A stretch of DNA of 64,000 nt from Bacteroidia bacterium (GCA_019695215.1 JAIBAK010000007.1:1149-65148), one strand, 5' to 3'; positions 18,882-31,857 are shown, numbered from the stretch's first letter. The notes: generated from the letters alone by a model not told the origin. Numbers and translations are program-made.

Positions 18882-18937
18882 ATCTTTCCTGTGCAGGTAA
18901 GCAAGATGCTTACGAAAATAATTACGAGGCCGGTGCC
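18882..18937 (+). repeat. Right copy of the ~57-nt direct repeat flanking the ATPase/partner module
   Basis: ATCTTTCCTGTGCAGGTAAGCAAGATGCTTACGAAAATAATTACGAGGCCGGTGCC, with the same internal hairpin as the left copy. Confidence 0.8.
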
Positions 18938-18956
18938 ATTGGTAAGTTGCGTGTGG

Positions 18957-19009
18957 ACATCCCCCCTGCCCCCTTCTCCTATGCTGCAAGCCTGCGCTGC
19001 AAGGGGGAC
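18957..19009. repeat. Third, diverged copy of the GC-rich hairpin repeat (CATCCCCCCTGCCCCCTTCTCC...GCTGCAAGGGGGAC)
   Basis: Shares both arms with the tandem copies at 1229-1362. Confidence 0.65.
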
Positions 19010-19010
19010 T

Positions 19011-19050
19011 TTAAAACAAAACAGCCCGACAACTTGCATTGTCGGGCTGT
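19011..19050 (-). terminator. Rho-independent terminator downstream of rpoC
   Basis: CAGCCCGACAA-TGCAAG-TTGTCGGGCTG hairpin followed on the minus strand by TTTTGTTTTAA. Confidence 0.75.
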
Positions 19051-19072
19051 TTCAGGTATAGCTCAAGCTTTA

Positions 19073-22000
19073 TTAGTTGGCTTTGGCTGTTTCCATGGCT
19101 TCCTGTTTAGAGGCCATGAGTGATTCGTACTCTTCGCGCGAACCTACCACTAATTTATCGTAGGCGCGGTTACCGGTACCGGCAGGAATGAGGTGACCAA
19201 CGATCACATTTTCCTTCAGACCTAATAACTCATCTACTTTACCATTGATGGCGGCTTCGTTAAGCACCTTGGTAGTTTCCTGGAACGAGGCAGCACTCAT
19301 AAAGCTGTGTGTACCCAACGATGCACGGGTAATACCCTGTATCATGGCACCGGCTGTGGCAGGAACCGCATCGCGCACTTCAACCAGTTTCTGGTCTTTG
19401 CGTTTCAGCATCGAGTTCTCGTCACGCAGTTTGCGCACACTCACTATTTGTCCTGCTTTCAGGTTTTGTGAATCCCCTGCATCCGTCACTACTTTCTTAT
19501 CGTAAATCCAGTCGTTTTCTTCGATAAAGTCGAATTTATCGGCTGCTTCACCTTCAAGGAAACGGGTATCTCCCGGATCTTCGATTTCTACCTTCTGCAT
19601 CATTTGGCGCACAATCACCTCAATATGTTTATCGCTGATTTTTACACCCTGCAAACGGTAAACTTCCTGAATTCCGTTGGTAATATACCGCTGTACAGAA
19701 AGCGGACCTTCAATACGCAAAATATCCTGAGGACTGATAGCACCATCAGATAATGGAGTACCTGCTTTTACGAAATCGTTTTCCTGAACAAGAATGTGTT
19801 TTGAAAGCGAAACAAGGTATTTTTTCACCTGACCATCGCGTGATTCAATAATGATTTCACGATTACCACGCTTGATACCACCGAATGAAACTACCCCGTC
19901 AATCTCGGTAACCACAGCAGGGTTAGACGGATTACGTGCTTCGAACAATTCGGTAACGCGGGGTAAACCACCGGTAATGTCTCGTGTTTTTCCAATTGTT
20001 CTCGGAATCTTCACCAGAATTTGTCCGGCAACCACGGCCTCTTTATCCTCGGCAGCAAGGTGAGCTCCTACAGGAAGGTTGTACTCTTTAAGCACCTCCC
20101 CTTTTTTATCAACGATTTGGATAGAAGCGATGCGTGTTTTATCACGACTCTCAATAATTACTTTTTCCTTGTGGCCGGTTTGTTCGTCACTCTCCTCGCG
20201 GAAGGTGATGCTCTCAATAATATTGGAGAACTGAACTTTACCTGCAAATTCAGAAAGAATCACCGCATTGTACGGATCCCATGAACAAAGCACATCGCCT
20301 TTGGTCACTTTTTGTCCGTCTTTCACCATCAGGTGTGCTCCGTATGGAATATTCACGGTGATGATGACTGCACGTGTTTTCTCGTCAAGAATTTTCACTT
20401 CACCCTGACGTCCCAATACAATTTGTATTTCACCGTCCTCCGATTTATAGGCAACACTTCGCACTTCTTCAAACTCCAGAATACCGCCAAACTTAGCAGT
20501 GAGTTGCGACTCGGCAGCAATATTGGATGCAGTACCACCCACGTGGAAGGTACGGAGTGTAAGCTGTGTACCCGGCTCACCAATTGACTGCGCTGCTATT
20601 ACACCCACGGCTTCTCCATCCTGCACCATGCGGCCGGTAGAGAGGTTTCGTCCGTAACATTTAGCGCAGATACCAAATTTGGTTTCGCAGGTTAATGCCG
20701 AACGAATTTCCATTGATTCAATAGCTGAATTTTCAATTTTATCAGCAATGTCTTCGGTAATTTCTTCGCCCGATTTAACAAGTAATTCTCCGGTTATCGG
20801 ATCGTACGTATCGTGCAGCGAAACTCTTCCTAATACACGCTCATATAAACTTTCAACTACTTCTTCATTATCTTTCAGGGCGGAGATTGGAATACCGCGA
20901 AGGGTTCCGCAATCTACTTCCGAAACAACAACGTCCTGAGCCACGTCATGCAACCTACGGGTAAGGTAACCCGCATCTGCCGTTTTCAAAGCTGTATCCG
21001 CAAGACCCTTACGGGCACCGTGCGTAGAGATAAAATACTCGAGTACCGAAAGCCCTTCTTTAAAGTTGGAAAGAATCGGATTCTCGATAATCTCACCGGT
21101 ACCACCGCTCAGGTTTTTCTGAGGCTTGGCCATCAATCCCCTCATACCTCCCAGCTGACGAATCTGTTCTTTAGAACCACGCGCCCCTGAGTCAAGCATC
21201 ATGTAAATAGGATTGAACCCTTGTCTGTCGGAAGATATTTGCTTTAACAGTGTATCTGAAATACGCGAGTTAACACGGGTCCAGATATCAATTACCTGAT
21301 TGTAGCGTTCGTTGTTGGTGATGAAACCATTGTTGTAGTTACTCCATATTTCTTCTACTTCCTGTTGTGCTTCGCCAATGAATTTTAATTTTTCATCAGG
21401 CACACGCACATCTGAAAGGTTGAATGAAAGACCTCCTTTAAAGGCATAGTGGTAACCTAATTCTTTAATATCATCAAGGAACCTGGCTGTAACAGCCGTA
21501 CCAAACCGTTTCACGATTCCGCCAATAATATCGCGCAGGTTTTTCTTGGTTAACGTTTCGTTAATGAAACCATGTCCTTTTGGAACAACCTGATTAAATA
21601 TTACGCGGCCTACAGTGGTTTCGAAAAGTTTGTTTTCAATTTCACCTTTCTCATTCAGCACATCAACTTTTACTTTGATGAATGCATGTAAAGCAGCTCT
21701 GCGCTCGTTGAAAGCAATAATTACTTCCTCGGGCGAATAGAAACGCAACCCTTCACCTAAAACTTTTTCTGTTTCGGTGCTCTTACGTCCTTTGGTTATG
21801 TAATACAAACCAAGCACCATGTCCTGCGAAGGAACAGTGATAGGAGTACCATTAGCCGGGTTGAGTACGTTGTGCGGTGCCAGCATCAGCATTTGAGCTT
21901 CAAGAATAGCCGCGTTACCCAGCGGTACGTGAACCGCCATCTGGTCACCGTCAAAGTCAGCGTTAAAACCTGTACACACCAAAGGGTGCAACTGAATGGC

Positions 22001-23377
22001 TTTTCCTTCAATCAGCTTAGGCTGGAAGGCCTGAATACCCAACCTGTGGAGTGTAGGAGCACGGTTAAGCAATACAGGGTGACCTTTCAGAATATTTTCG
22101 AGGATATCCCATATTACGGCTTCTTTACGGTCAACTAATTTCTTAGCCGACTTCACCGTTTTTACAATACCTCTTTCGAGTAGTTTACGAATGATAAATG
22201 GTTTGAACAACTCGGCAGCCATTCCTTTAGGAATACCGCACTCGTGTAATTTAAGGGTTGGCCCCACTACAATTACCGAACGACCTGAATAGTCAACCCG
22301 TTTACCCAATAAGTTTTGACGGAAACGTCCTTGTTTACCTTTAAGCATATCGCTCAAAGATTTTAACGGGCGGTTACCTTCGGTTTTCACCGCACTCACT
22401 CTTCTGGTATTATCCAAAAGCGAGTCAACGGCTTCCTGAAGCATCCGTTTTTCGTTACGTAAAATTACCTCAGGTGCTTTAATCTCAATCAAACGCTTTA
22501 AACGGTTGTTACGGATAATCACCCTGCGGTAAAGATCGTTCAAATCGGACGTGGCAAAACGGCCACCTTCCAATGGAACTAACGGACGTAACTCAGGCGG
22601 AATAACCGGAAGAATTTTGATTACCATCCACTCGGGGCGGTTTTCAGCTTTCTCGTTAGCCGAACGGAAACTTTCAATTACCTTAAGGCGTTTTAACGCT
22701 TCGGTTTTACGCTGCTGCGAAGTTTCGTTGGCAGCCTGGTGACGCAAACTGAAAGAAAGGTCGTCAAGTTTTGTTCGCGATAATAAATCCCACAATGCAT
22801 CGCCACCCATTTTGGCAACGAATTTATTTGGGTCTGTATCTTCGAGGTACTGATTTTCTTTTGGTAATGAATCGAGAATATCCAAATACTCTTCTTCGGT
22901 TAATAAGTCGAGGTAATTGGTTCCGTCCTGTGCTTTAATGCCCGGCTGAATTACGATATAGCGTTCGTAGTAAATCACCATATCCAGCTTTTTGGTAGGA
23001 ACACCCAGCAGGTAACCTATTTTATTGGGCAATGAACGGAAGTACCAGATATGCGCAACAGGAACTACCAGATTGATATGTCCCATACGCTCTCTGCGCA
23101 CTTTTTTCTCAGTAACCTCTACCCCGCAACGATCGCACACAATGCCTTTGTAACGGATGCGTTTGTATTTACCGCAATGGCATTCAAAATCCTTTACAGG
23201 ACCAAAAATGCGCTCGCAGAACAAACCACCCATTTCAGGTTTATATGAACGGTAGTTGATGGTTTCGGATTTGGTAACCTCACCATACGATCTTTGCAGA
23301 ATCGTTTCAGGAGAAGCAAGACTAATCTTAATCTTGGTGAAGTTGCTTTTTAATTTTATATCTTTTTTAAATGACAT
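19073..23377 (-). CDS. rpoC: DNA-directed RNA polymerase subunit beta prime
   Basis: 1434 aa; [12 protein letters not shown] catalytic motif; Zn-finger Cys cluster near the N-terminus. Confidence 0.98.
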   Translation of the reverse strand: MSFKKDIKLKSNFTKIKISLASPETILQRSYGEVTKSETINYRSYKPEMGGLFCERIFGPVKDFECHCGKYKRIRYKGIVCDRCGVEVTEKKVRRERMGHINLVVPVAHIWYFRSLPNKIGYLLGVPTKKLDMVIYYERYIVIQPGIKAQDGTNYLDLLTEEEYLDILDSLPKENQYLEDTDPNKFVAKMGGDALWDLLSRTKLDDLSFSLRHQAANETSQQRKTEALKRLKVIESFRSANEKAENRPEWMVIKILPVIPPELRPLVPLEGGRFATSDLNDLYRRVIIRNNRLKRLIEIKAPEVILRNEKRMLQEAVDSLLDNTRRVSAVKTEGNRPLKSLSDMLKGKQGRFRQNLLGKRVDYSGRSVIVVGPTLKLHECGIPKGMAAELFKPFIIRKLLERGIVKTVKSAKKLVDRKEAVIWDILENILKGHPVLLNRAPTLHRLGIQAFQPKLIEGKAIQLHPLVCTGFNADFDGDQMAVHVPLGNAAILEAQMLMLAPHNVLNPANGTPITVPSQDMVLGLYYITKGRKSTETEKVLGEGLRFYSPEEVIIAFNERRAALHAFIKVKVDVLNEKGEIENKLFETTVGRVIFNQVVPKGHGFINETLTKKNLRDIIGGIVKRFGTAVTARFLDDIKELGYHYAFKGGLSFNLSDVRVPDEKLKFIGEAQQEVEEIWSNYNNGFITNNERYNQVIDIWTRVNSRISDTLLKQISSDRQGFNPIYMMLDSGARGSKEQIRQLGGMRGLMAKPQKNLSGGTGEIIENPILSNFKEGLSVLEYFISTHGARKGLADTALKTADAGYLTRRLHDVAQDVVVSEVDCGTLRGIPISALKDNEEVVESLYERVLGRVSLHDTYDPITGELLVKSGEEITEDIADKIENSAIESMEIRSALTCETKFGICAKCYGRNLSTGRMVQDGEAVGVIAAQSIGEPGTQLTLRTFHVGGTASNIAAESQLTAKFGGILEFEEVRSVAYKSEDGEIQIVLGRQGEVKILDEKTRAVIITVNIPYGAHLMVKDGQKVTKGDVLCSWDPYNAVILSEFAGKVQFSNIIESITFREESDEQTGHKEKVIIESRDKTRIASIQIVDKKGEVLKEYNLPVGAHLAAEDKEAVVAGQILVKIPRTIGKTRDITGGLPRVTELFEARNPSNPAVVTEIDGVVSFGGIKRGNREIIIESRDGQVKKYLVSLSKHILVQENDFVKAGTPLSDGAISPQDILRIEGPLSVQRYITNGIQEVYRLQGVKISDKHIEVIVRQMMQKVEIEDPGDTRFLEGEAADKFDFIEENDWIYDKKVVTDAGDSQNLKAGQIVSVRKLRDENSMLKRKDQKLVEVRDAVPATAGAMIQGITRASLGTHSFMSAASFQETTKVLNEAAINGKVDELLGLKENVIVGHLIPAGTGNRAYDKLVVGSREEYESLMASKQEAMETAKAN

Positions 23378-23394
23378 GTAATACTCCTCCTTAA

Positions 23395-26300
23395 TTAATC
23401 AATGGTAATTTCAAGACCTAATCCTCTTAACTCGTGAACCAATACGTTGAACGATTCAGGAATACCAGGGGTAGGTAAATTATCACCTTTCACAATGGCT
23501 TCATACGTTTTGGCGCGGCCCACAATATCATCCGACTTAACGGTAAGAATTTCCTGAAGAATGTTTGATGCTCCGAATGCCTCAAGTGCCCAAACCTCCA
23601 TCTCACCAAAACGCTGACCACCAAACTGAGCTTTACCGCCCAATGGCTGCTGAGTAATGAGAGAGTATGGTCCGATAGAACGTGCGTGCATTTTATCATC
23701 AACCATGTGACCAAGTTTCAACATGTAAATAATACCTACAGTTGTTTTCTGGTGGAAACGCTCTCCGGTCAATCCATCGTGCAGGTAAACGGCACCATCA
23801 ACAGGAAGTTTGGCTTCGTTCATGTATTTCTCAATATCTTCAATTGAAGCTCCGTCAAAAATAGGTGTAGCGAATTTCACTCCCAGTTCTTTGCCGGCCC
23901 ATCCTAATACAGTCTCGTAAATCTGCCCCAGGTTCATACGCGAAGGCACACCCAGCGGATTCAATACAATATCTACCGGAGTTCCGTCTTCCAGGAAAGG
24001 CATGTCTTCTTCACGCACAATACGTGCAACAATACCCTTGTTACCGTGACGACCCGCCATCTTATCACCCACTTTAAGTTTACGCTTGTCGGCAATATAA
24101 ACTTTGGCCAGTTTAAGAATACCTGCAGGCAATTCATCGCCAACCTGAATAGCAAACAACTTACGTTTGTAATCAGCGATTACATCGTTGGCAGCTACTT
24201 TGTAGTTAGAAAGAATTTCTTTAATGAGGTCATTCTTTTCTTTATCTGTTGTCCAGTTGTTGGCATTGATATTTGTGTAATCAATATCCATCAATTGTTT
24301 TTGAGTAAACTTGGTTCCTTTCGGAATCAGCTCTTCGTTGTACACATTGGTAACACCCTGCGATGTTTTACCGTTTACCACAGTAAATAATTTATCAACC
24401 AACACACCCTTCAATGCTGCCATTGCCTTGTTGTGTTCGTCTTCAATTTTGCTCACCTTGGTTTTCTCTTCACCTTTGGTAGCTTTATCTTTTTTGGTGC
24501 GGGCAAATAATTTTTTATCAATGATAATACCCGAGGTTGACGGTGGTGCTTTCATAGAAGCATCTTTTACGTCACCGGCTTTATCACCAAAAATAGCACG
24601 AAGCAATTTTTCTTCAGGTGAAGGTTCTGTTTCGCCCTTAGGAGTGATTTTTCCGATAAGAATATCTCCTTCGTGAACTTCGGCACCTACACGAATCAAT
24701 CCGTTTTCGTCAAGATTACGCGTTGCTTCTTCACTTACGTTAGGAATATCATTGGTTAATTCCTCTTCGCCACGTTTTGTGTCGCGAACTTCCAGTTCGT
24801 ATTCGGTGATGTGAATAGAGGTAAACCAATCTTCTTTGGCTACCCGTTCAGAAATTACAATAGCGTCCTCAAAATTGTATCCCTGCCATGGCATAAAAGC
24901 CACTTTAAGGTTACGGCCCAATGCCAGTTCACCCTGATCGGTAGCATGACCTTCACACAATACATCGCCTTTTTTCACCAACTGCCCTTTACTTACTACA
25001 GGGCGTTGATTGAGGCAGGTATTCTGGTTGGTTCTTCTGAACTTAGTAAGCGGATATGACTTAACACTTCCGCTGAAATTAACGAGTAAATCCTTTTCGG
25101 TCTGCTCATATTTCACACGGATTTCATTAGCATCTACAAACTCAACCACACCGGTTCCTTCAGCTACAATGAGTGCACGCGAGTCGCGGGCTACTTTTCC
25201 TTCCAGTCCGGTTCCTACAATAGGAGCCTGCGGGCGAATAAGCGGCACAGCCTGACGCTGCATGTTTGAACCCATCAATGCACGGTTTGCGTCATCATGC
25301 TCCAAAAACGGAATCATAGATGCAGCAATGGATACAATCTGGTTAGGAGCTACGTCCATATAATCCAGTTTCTCCGGATCCACCATCGGGAAGTCACCTT
25401 CGAAACGGGCTTTTACTTTTTGATCAACAAAATTTCCGTCCTTAGCTACCTGCGCATTTGCCTGGGCAATCACTTTTCCATCCTCGTCTTCGGCACTCAG
25501 GTAAACCACCGGTTTATCAACAACCACTTTACCATCTACCACTGCACGGTAAGGAGTTTCAATGAATCCCATTCCGTTAATACGGGCATGCACACACAAA
25601 GAAGAAATCAAACCGATATTCGGCCCTTCGGGAGTTTCGATGGTACACAAACGTCCGTAGTGTGTATAGTGAACGTCACGAACCTCAAAACCGGCTCGAT
25701 CACGACTTAAACCACCGGGACCGAGTGCCGACATTCTCCGCTTGTGAGTAATCTCGGCAAGCGGATTGGTTTGATCCATGAATTGTGAAAGCTGATTGGT
25801 ACCAAAGAAAGAATTAATTACCGAACTTAACGTACGGGCATTAATCAAATCGGCAGGAGTAAATACTTCGTTGTCGCGAATATTCATACGCTCGCGAATG
25901 GTACGTGCCATACGGGCCAAACCTACTCCAAACTGTGAATACAGTTGTTCTCCAACGGTACGCACACGTCTGTTCGACAAGTGATCAATATCGTCCACAT
26001 CGGCCCGTGAGTTAAATAACTCAATGAGGTATTTAATGATGGCGATAATATCGTCCTTGGTAAGAATGCGCACACTCATATCGGTACCGCGGTTTAACTT
26101 GCGGTTGATACGGTAACGGCCTACTTCACCCAGGTCATAACGCTTATCGGAGAAGAACAATTTTTCAAGAATACCTCTTGCCGTTTCTTCATCCGGTGGA
26201 TCGGCATTACGCAACTGACGGTAGATATGCTCTAAAGCTTCTTTACCGGAGTTGGATGTATCTTTCTGAAGTGTGTTCAGAATAATGGCGAAATCATTGT

Positions 26301-27207
26301 GATTGGCTTCTTCTTTATGAAGAATTACGGTTTTAACACCGGCATCCACAATCATGTCGATATGATCGTCTTCAAGTGTAGTATCGCGCTCAATGATTAC
26401 TTCATTACGCTCAATGGAAACCACCTCTCCTGTATCTTCATCCACAAAATCTTCAACCCAGGTTCTCAGAACACGGGCAGCTAATTTGCGGCCAAGCACT
26501 TTTTTCAACCCAGCTTTACTTACCTTAATTTCTTCAGCAAGGTCAAACAGATTTAAAATGTCCTTATCGGTTTCATATCCGATAGCGCGCAACAAGGTGG
26601 TAACAGGGAATTTTTTCTTACGGTCAATATACGCATACATTACGTTATTGATATCCGTTGCAAATTCAATCCATGAACCTTTAAAAGGAATTACACGGGC
26701 TGAATACAGTTTGGTTCCGTTGGTATGGTAAGTTTGTCCGAAGAATACTCCGGGTGAACGGTGAAGCTGAGAAACAATAATACGTTCGGCACCATTGATA
26801 ATAAAAGTACCTTTTGGCGACATGTAAGGGATGGTTCCCAGATACACATCCTGCACAATGGTTTCAAAGTCTTCGTGCTCCGGATCGTTACATGACAAAC
26901 GCAATTTAGCCTTAAGCGGAACGCTGTAGGTTAAACCTCTGTCAATACATTCTTCAATGGTGTAACGGGGCGGGTCAACAAAATAATCAAGAAACTCAAG
27001 AACGAAAATATTTCTTGAGTCGCTGATTGGGAAGTTTTCGGCAAATACGTTAAAAAGCCCTTCGTTCTTTCTGTTTTCAGAAGAGGTTTCGAGTTGAAAA
27101 AACTCGCGAAACGACTCAACCTGTACATCAAGAAAATCCGGGTAATCGATTACCTTGTCAACTGAGGCGAAACTTATTCTTTCAGTGACGTTATTCTTAT
27201 TAGCCAA
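23395..27207 (-). CDS. rpoB: DNA-directed RNA polymerase subunit beta
   Basis: 1270 aa with canonical beta-subunit conserved blocks, including [12 protein letters not shown]. Confidence 0.98.
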   Translation of the reverse strand: MANKNNVTERISFASVDKVIDYPDFLDVQVESFREFFQLETSSENRKNEGLFNVFAENFPISDSRNIFVLEFLDYFVDPPRYTIEECIDRGLTYSVPLKAKLRLSCNDPEHEDFETIVQDVYLGTIPYMSPKGTFIINGAERIIVSQLHRSPGVFFGQTYHTNGTKLYSARVIPFKGSWIEFATDINNVMYAYIDRKKKFPVTTLLRAIGYETDKDILNLFDLAEEIKVSKAGLKKVLGRKLAARVLRTWVEDFVDEDTGEVVSIERNEVIIERDTTLEDDHIDMIVDAGVKTVILHKEEANHNDFAIILNTLQKDTSNSGKEALEHIYRQLRNADPPDEETARGILEKLFFSDKRYDLGEVGRYRINRKLNRGTDMSVRILTKDDIIAIIKYLIELFNSRADVDDIDHLSNRRVRTVGEQLYSQFGVGLARMARTIRERMNIRDNEVFTPADLINARTLSSVINSFFGTNQLSQFMDQTNPLAEITHKRRMSALGPGGLSRDRAGFEVRDVHYTHYGRLCTIETPEGPNIGLISSLCVHARINGMGFIETPYRAVVDGKVVVDKPVVYLSAEDEDGKVIAQANAQVAKDGNFVDQKVKARFEGDFPMVDPEKLDYMDVAPNQIVSIAASMIPFLEHDDANRALMGSNMQRQAVPLIRPQAPIVGTGLEGKVARDSRALIVAEGTGVVEFVDANEIRVKYEQTEKDLLVNFSGSVKSYPLTKFRRTNQNTCLNQRPVVSKGQLVKKGDVLCEGHATDQGELALGRNLKVAFMPWQGYNFEDAIVISERVAKEDWFTSIHITEYELEVRDTKRGEEELTNDIPNVSEEATRNLDENGLIRVGAEVHEGDILIGKITPKGETEPSPEEKLLRAIFGDKAGDVKDASMKAPPSTSGIIIDKKLFARTKKDKATKGEEKTKVSKIEDEHNKAMAALKGVLVDKLFTVVNGKTSQGVTNVYNEELIPKGTKFTQKQLMDIDYTNINANNWTTDKEKNDLIKEILSNYKVAANDVIADYKRKLFAIQVGDELPAGILKLAKVYIADKRKLKVGDKMAGRHGNKGIVARIVREEDMPFLEDGTPVDIVLNPLGVPSRMNLGQIYETVLGWAGKELGVKFATPIFDGASIEDIEKYMNEAKLPVDGAVYLHDGLTGERFHQKTTVGIIYMLKLGHMVDDKMHARSIGPYSLITQQPLGGKAQFGGQRFGEMEVWALEAFGASNILQEILTVKSDDIVGRAKTYEAIVKGDNLPTPGIPESFNVLVHELRGLGLEITID

Positions 27208-27267
27208 GCGATTTATTTATTTAAAATGTGAAGGAACAAAAGAAAAAGGAACGGGTACAAATACATA

Positions 27268-27296
27268 GTTGACCCACGGCAAAAGCCGGGGTCAAC
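27268..27296 (-). promoter_or_regulatory. Stable hairpin in the rplL-rpoB spacer, a candidate attenuator or RNA-processing site
   Basis: GTTGACCC-ACGGCAAAAGCCG-GGGTCAAC, an 8-bp stem with an internal mini-stem. It sits where the partial terminator lies in other bacteria. Confidence 0.4.
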
Positions 27297-27320
27297 TCAC
27301 AATAACTTTGGGTAGTATGA

Positions 27321-27698
27321 CTACTTGAGTTCAACTTCTGCTCCTGCTTCTTCAAGCTTAGCCTTCAAGGTGTTTGCTTCGTCTTTAGAAACATTTTCCT
27401 TTACAGCTTTCGGAGCTCCGTCAACTAATTCTTTAGCCTCTTTCAAGCCAAGACCGGTAAGGTCTTTAACGAGTTTTACTACGTTGAGTTTTCCAGCACC
27501 TGCATTCTTAAGAATTACGGTGAACTCAGTTTGCTCAGCAGGAGCTGCAGCAGCAGCGCCACCAGCAGCCGGAGCAGCAGCAACAGCTGCAGCAGCAGGC
27601 TCAATGCCGTACTCTTCTTTAAGAATCTGAGCCAACTCGTTTACTTCTTTTACTGATAAGTTTACCAACTGTTCAGCAAATGATTTTAAATCTGCCAT
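27321..27698 (-). CDS. rplL: 50S ribosomal protein L7/L12
   Basis: Ala-rich hinge, then the conserved C-terminal domain. Confidence 0.95.
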   Translation of the reverse strand: MADLKSFAEQLVNLSVKEVNELAQILKEEYGIEPAAAAVAAAPAAGGAAAAAPAEQTEFTVILKNAGAGKLNVVKLVKDLTGLGLKEAKELVDGAPKAVKENVSKDEANTLKAKLEEAGAEVELK

Positions 27699-27737
27699 TT
27701 TTGTAAAGTATTATATAGTTAACAATTAAATTTCTTT

Positions 27738-28259
27738 TTACTCGGGTTTTTCAGAAAGTGTTTTTACGATACCTGCCAGTTTTCCTCCGGAAGATTTAAG
27801 TGCAGAAATAACATTCTTGGCAGGCGACTGCAACAAGGCAATGATATCTCCCACTAATTCGTCTTTCGTTTTCAGTGCAAGCAAAGTGTCGAGCTGGTTG
27901 TCTCCAATGAATACTTCATTTTCTACATAAGCTGCTTTCAGTGCCGGCTTGTCGCCTGCTTTTCTGAATTCTTTAATAATTTTTGCAGGAGCTTTGAAGT
28001 CTTCGGAGAACAGAATAGATGATGACCCTTTAAGTGAACCATACATTTGACCGTAATCAACTCCGGTACTTTCCAGAGCCTTGCGGATGAGTGTATTTTT
28101 TGCAACGGTCATCTTCACTCCGCCTTTAAACATAACTCTTCTGAGTTCATTTGTTTTTCCAGCGGAAAGTTGTGATGTATCAGTAATGTAGAAGCATTTG
28201 CTTTTATTCAAATGAGCAGTAAGCTCAGCAACTACATCGTATTTTTCTTGCTTTTTCAT
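27738..28259 (-). CDS. rplJ: 50S ribosomal protein L10
   Basis: Position between rplA and rplL; L10-like sequence. Confidence 0.9.
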   Translation of the reverse strand: MKKQEKYDVVAELTAHLNKSKCFYITDTSQLSAGKTNELRRVMFKGGVKMTVAKNTLIRKALESTGVDYGQMYGSLKGSSSILFSEDFKAPAKIIKEFRKAGDKPALKAAYVENEVFIGDNQLDTLLALKTKDELVGDIIALLQSPAKNVISALKSSGGKLAGIVKTLSEKPE

Positions 28260-28264
28260 ATTGA

Positions 28265-28963
28265 TTAGATTCCTGGTATTGTCTTCGTGTCAACATTTAC
28301 ACTCGGGCTCATGGTACTTGACATGTAAACGCTTTTGAAATAAGTTCCTTTGGCTGACGAAGGTTTTAATTTCGCAACGGCCTGAATTAATTCAACTGCG
28401 TTTTCGTAGATTTTCTCCGGAGAGAAGGAAGCTTTGCCAATGGCAGCGTGGATAATTCCGGTTTTATCAACTTTAAAGTCAATTTTACCCGCTTTTACCT
28501 CTTTTACAACTTTGCCTATGTCGGTGGTAACAGTTCCGGTTTTAGGATTTGGCATCAGGTTGCGAGGTCCAAGAATCTTTCCAAGTTTACCCAATTTAGC
28601 CATAATAGCAGGCATGGTAACGATTACATCTACATCGGTCCATCCGCCTTCTATTTTCTTAATGTACTCATCCAGCCCAACAAAATCAGCACCTGCCTCT
28701 TTGGCTTCGGCCTCTTTTTCGGGTGTACATAATACGAGTACTTTTTTAGTTTTGCCCGTTCCGTGAGGAAGAGCCACCACACCGCGTACCATTTGGTTTG
28801 ATTTGCGGGGATCAACACCCAAACGGATGTCAACATCTACCGATGCATCAAACTTGGTAGTGGTGAGTTCCTTTACGAGTTTTGCCGACTCGTTCAGGCT
28901 GTACTGCTTTGTACGATCGTACTTAGTCAGCACCACTTTTCTTTTTTTACTGATTGTTGCCAT
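28265..28963 (-). CDS. rplA: 50S ribosomal protein L1
   Basis: 232-aa L1 signature. Confidence 0.95.
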   Translation of the reverse strand: MATISKKRKVVLTKYDRTKQYSLNESAKLVKELTTTKFDASVDVDIRLGVDPRKSNQMVRGVVALPHGTGKTKKVLVLCTPEKEAEAKEAGADFVGLDEYIKKIEGGWTDVDVIVTMPAIMAKLGKLGKILGPRNLMPNPKTGTVTTDIGKVVKEVKAGKIDFKVDKTGIIHAAIGKASFSPEKIYENAVELIQAVAKLKPSSAKGTYFKSVYMSSTMSPSVNVDTKTIPGI

Positions 28964-28982
28964 GATAACGTCTTAAAAATTT

Positions 28983-29429
28983 TTAGTTTTTAGACCAGGG
29001 AGCATCTCCGGTCACTGCGATACCCATGCTGCGAGCTGTACCTGCCACCATTTTCATTGCTGACTCAACGGTGAAACAGTTCAAATCGGGCATTTTATCT
29101 TCAGCGATAGTACGCACCTGATCCCAGGTCACCTGACCTGCTTTTTTACGATTAGACTCTGGCGAGCCCTTTTGGATTTTGCACACCTCGAGAAGTTGCG
29201 CAGCCACCGGTGGGGTTTTTATTACAAAGTCAAATGATTTGTCATTATAAACGGTAATTACAACCGGGAGTATTTTGCCTGTTTTATCTTGTGTTCGGGC
29301 ATTGAACTGCTTACAGAAGTCCATAATATTAACACCCTTTGAACCCAATGCAGGTCCGATTGGAGGAGCCGGATTAGCTGCTCCGCCTTTAACTTGTAGT
29401 TTTACAAATCCGGTTACTTCTTTTGCCAT
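28983..29429 (-). CDS. rplK: 50S ribosomal protein L11
   Basis: PPVGPALG-like motif ([24 protein letters not shown]). Confidence 0.95.
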   Translation of the reverse strand: MAKEVTGFVKLQVKGGAANPAPPIGPALGSKGVNIMDFCKQFNARTQDKTGKILPVVITVYNDKSFDFVIKTPPVAAQLLEVCKIQKGSPESNRKKAGQVTWDQVRTIAEDKMPDLNCFTVESAMKMVAGTARSMGIAVTGDAPWSKN

Positions 29430-29433
29430 AAAG

Positions 29434-29982
29434 CTATTCTTTTTCTACTTGTATAAAGTTCAATTCTAAAGGTGTTCTGCGGCCAAAAATTTTCACCATC
29501 ACCTTTAGTTTCTTTTTGTCTTCGTGTACTTCTTCAATTACTCCGCTAAAGCCGCTGAAAGGTCCGTCAGTAACTTTTACTGTTTCGCCAACAATAAAAG
29601 GCTCCGAAATGCTTTCGCCATGCTCGGCAATTTCATCTACTTTACCCAAAATGCGGTTTACCTCCGACATTCTGAGCGGGGAGGGAACACCTTTGCCTCC
29701 TAAAAACCCAACTACTCCATTTACCGAATCAATGGTGTGAGCCACCTCTCCTACCAATTCGGCCTGAATTAAAATGTACCCTGGAAAATAACTACGCTCC
29801 TTTGAAGTTTTTTTACCGTTTTTAATTTGGTAAACTTTCTCCATCGGAATCAAAATCTGAGGTACAAAATGGCTAAGCCCGGCCCGCACAAGTTCAGCCT
29901 CAATATGTGCCTTCACTTTTTTTTCCTGACCGCTAATGGCTCTCACCACGTACCATTTAAAATCTTGTGTAGTCCCGCTCAT
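29434..29982 (-). CDS. nusG: Transcription termination/antitermination factor NusG
   Basis: [17 protein letters not shown] domain plus a KOW motif; located between secE and rplK. Confidence 0.93.
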   Translation of the reverse strand: MSGTTQDFKWYVVRAISGQEKKVKAHIEAELVRAGLSHFVPQILIPMEKVYQIKNGKKTSKERSYFPGYILIQAELVGEVAHTIDSVNGVVGFLGGKGVPSPLRMSEVNRILGKVDEIAEHGESISEPFIVGETVKVTDGPFSGFSGVIEEVHEDKKKLKVMVKIFGRRTPLELNFIQVEKE

Positions 29983-29997
29983 GTTGATTTTTCAGTC

Positions 29998-30195
29998 TTA
30001 ATTTTCAAAAAATTTATAAAAAATCTCCATGGCAAAATTGCTGGTAAAGTCTATAATGAAAACCACACCCGCAAAAATAATCGAGGCCACCATCACAATG
30101 ATAGTACTGCTTTGCAACTCTTCCCAGGTAGGCCACGACACTTTTGTCATCAACTCCTCCGAGGTACTTTTAAGGTAAGCTATTACTTTTTCCAT
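29998..30195 (-). CDS. secE: Preprotein translocase subunit SecE
   Basis: A 65-aa single-TM protein between tRNA-Trp and nusG. Confidence 0.85.
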   Translation of the reverse strand: MEKVIAYLKSTSEELMTKVSWPTWEELQSSTIIVMVASIIFAGVVFIIDFTSNFAMEIFYKFFEN

Positions 30196-30209
30196 TTTCT
30201 GTTGCTAAG

Positions 30210-30280
30210 CACGGGTGCCTGGGCTCGAACCAAGATCAACGGTTTTGGAGACCGCTATTCTACCATTGAACTACACCCGT
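30210..30280 (-). tRNA. tRNA-Trp (anticodon CCA)
   Basis: The minus-strand sequence ACGGGTGTAGTTCAATGGTAGAATAGCGGTCTCCAAAACCG...CACCCGTG folds as a cloverleaf with CUCCAAA in the anticodon loop. Confidence 0.85.
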
Positions 30281-30344
30281 GGGTTATAGACACCAAATGG
30301 AACCGGTGTGCTCGGTTCCATTCGGGGTCTGTTTAATTTATTAA

Positions 30345-31532
30345 TTATTTTAAAATCTCTGTTACCTGACCTGCACCAATGGTACGACCTCCTTCACGAA
30401 TCGCGAAACGAAGACCTTTTTCCATAGCGATGGGTTGGATCAGTTTCACGGTGATGGTGGTGTTATCACCAGGCATAATCATTTCTACTCCTTCAGGCAG
30501 TACAGTTTCACCTGTAACGTCTGTTGTACGGAAATAGAACTGAGGACGGTATTTGTTAAAGAACGGAGTGTGACGTCCGCCTTCTTCTTTGCTCAATACG
30601 TAAACCTCAGCTTTAAATTCGGTGTGCGGAGTTACTGAACCCGGCTTACAGATAACCATACCTCTGCGGATATCATTTTTCTCGATACCACGAAGTAATA
30701 AACCTGCATTATCACCGGCTTCACCACGATCAAGTAACTTACGGAACATTTCTACACCAGTGATGGTTGAAGTCATTTTCTCGGCACCTAAACCGATAAT
30801 TTCAACCGGGTCACCCACGTTAATTACACCGCGCTCAATACGACCTGTAGCAACTGTACCACGACCTGTGATTGAGAATACGTCTTCTACCGGCATAAGG
30901 AAAGGAAGATCAACGGCACGTGGAGGAATTGGAATATAAGTATCTACCGCTTCCATCAGTTCCATGATTTTCTCAACCCATTTAGCGTCTCCGTTCAATC
31001 CACCTAAGGCAGAACCTTTGATGATTGGAATTTCGTCACCAGGGAAATCATATTTATTTAAAAGTTCGCGAATTTCCATTTCAACGATCTCAAGCAATTC
31101 AGGATCGTCAACCATGTCAACTTTGTTCATGAAAACAACGATACGCGGAACACCTACCTGACGGGCTAAAAGAATATGCTCGCGGGTTTGTGGCATTGGT
31201 CCGTCTGTTGCGGCAACTACCAGAATTGCACCGTCCATCTGAGCCGCTCCCGTTACCATGTTTTTAACATAGTCAGCGTGACCCGGACAGTCAACGTGCG
31301 CATAGTGACGATTCTGAGTTTGGTATTCAACGTGAGCTGTGTTGATGGTGATACCGCGCTCTCTCTCTTCAGGAGCCGAATCGATTGAATCAAAAGAACG
31401 TGCTTCTGAAAGCCCTTTTTCTGCCAATACTTTAGTGATGGCAGCGGTCAAAGTGGTTTTACCGTGGTCAACGTGACCGATTGTACCAATGTTTACGTGT
31501 GGTTTCGAGCGGTCGAAATTTTCTTTAGCCAT
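30345..31532 (-). CDS. tuf: Elongation factor Tu
   Basis: [18 protein letters not shown] and NKVD G-domain motifs; 395 aa. Confidence 0.98.
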   Translation of the reverse strand: MAKENFDRSKPHVNIGTIGHVDHGKTTLTAAITKVLAEKGLSEARSFDSIDSAPEERERGITINTAHVEYQTQNRHYAHVDCPGHADYVKNMVTGAAQMDGAILVVAATDGPMPQTREHILLARQVGVPRIVVFMNKVDMVDDPELLEIVEMEIRELLNKYDFPGDEIPIIKGSALGGLNGDAKWVEKIMELMEAVDTYIPIPPRAVDLPFLMPVEDVFSITGRGTVATGRIERGVINVGDPVEIIGLGAEKMTSTITGVEMFRKLLDRGEAGDNAGLLLRGIEKNDIRRGMVICKPGSVTPHTEFKAEVYVLSKEEGGRHTPFFNKYRPQFYFRTTDVTGETVLPEGVEMIMPGDNTTITVKLIQPIAMEKGLRFAIREGGRTIGAGQVTEILK

Positions 31533-31640
31533 AGTTAACTATTGTTTGAGTTGTTTATATTATTTTCTTTAACTTTTATTTTACACCAATAGCGGGACTA
31601 ACCCGCTGTTTTTTTCCGGGATTTCACCGGATATTTTTTC

Positions 31641-31715
<75 letters not shown>

Positions 31716-31784
31716 ATACTCAGTTGTTTGGGTCGCGTATTTTCTATTATTATAGAAAATTTTCAACGTCAAACTCCCTTTTTG

Positions 31785-31857
31785 AGCGGGAGACCGGGCT
31801 CGAACCGGCCACCTATAGCTTGGAAGGCTATCGCTCTACCAAATGAGCTACTCCCGC
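31785..31857 (-). tRNA. tRNA-Gly (anticodon TCC)
   Basis: GCGGGAGTAGCTCATTTGGTAGAGC...CTTCCAA loop...GGTTCGAGCCCGGTCTCCCGC. Confidence 0.85.

Noticed and set aside
19245-27131. Many 60-140-aa ORFs on the plus strand inside rpoC and rpoB, and similar ones inside rplA, tuf and groEL
   Set aside because: Antisense to highly conserved full-length genes. Typical GC-skewed spurious frames.
31540-31640. Hairpin plus T-run (AGCGGGACTAACCCGCTGTTTTTTT) between tuf and tRNA-Thr, read as a plus-strand terminator
   Set aside because: All neighbouring genes are on the minus strand, where the structure is followed by A residues, not U. More likely a processing or stability structure in the tRNA-tuf transcript, so not called as a terminator.
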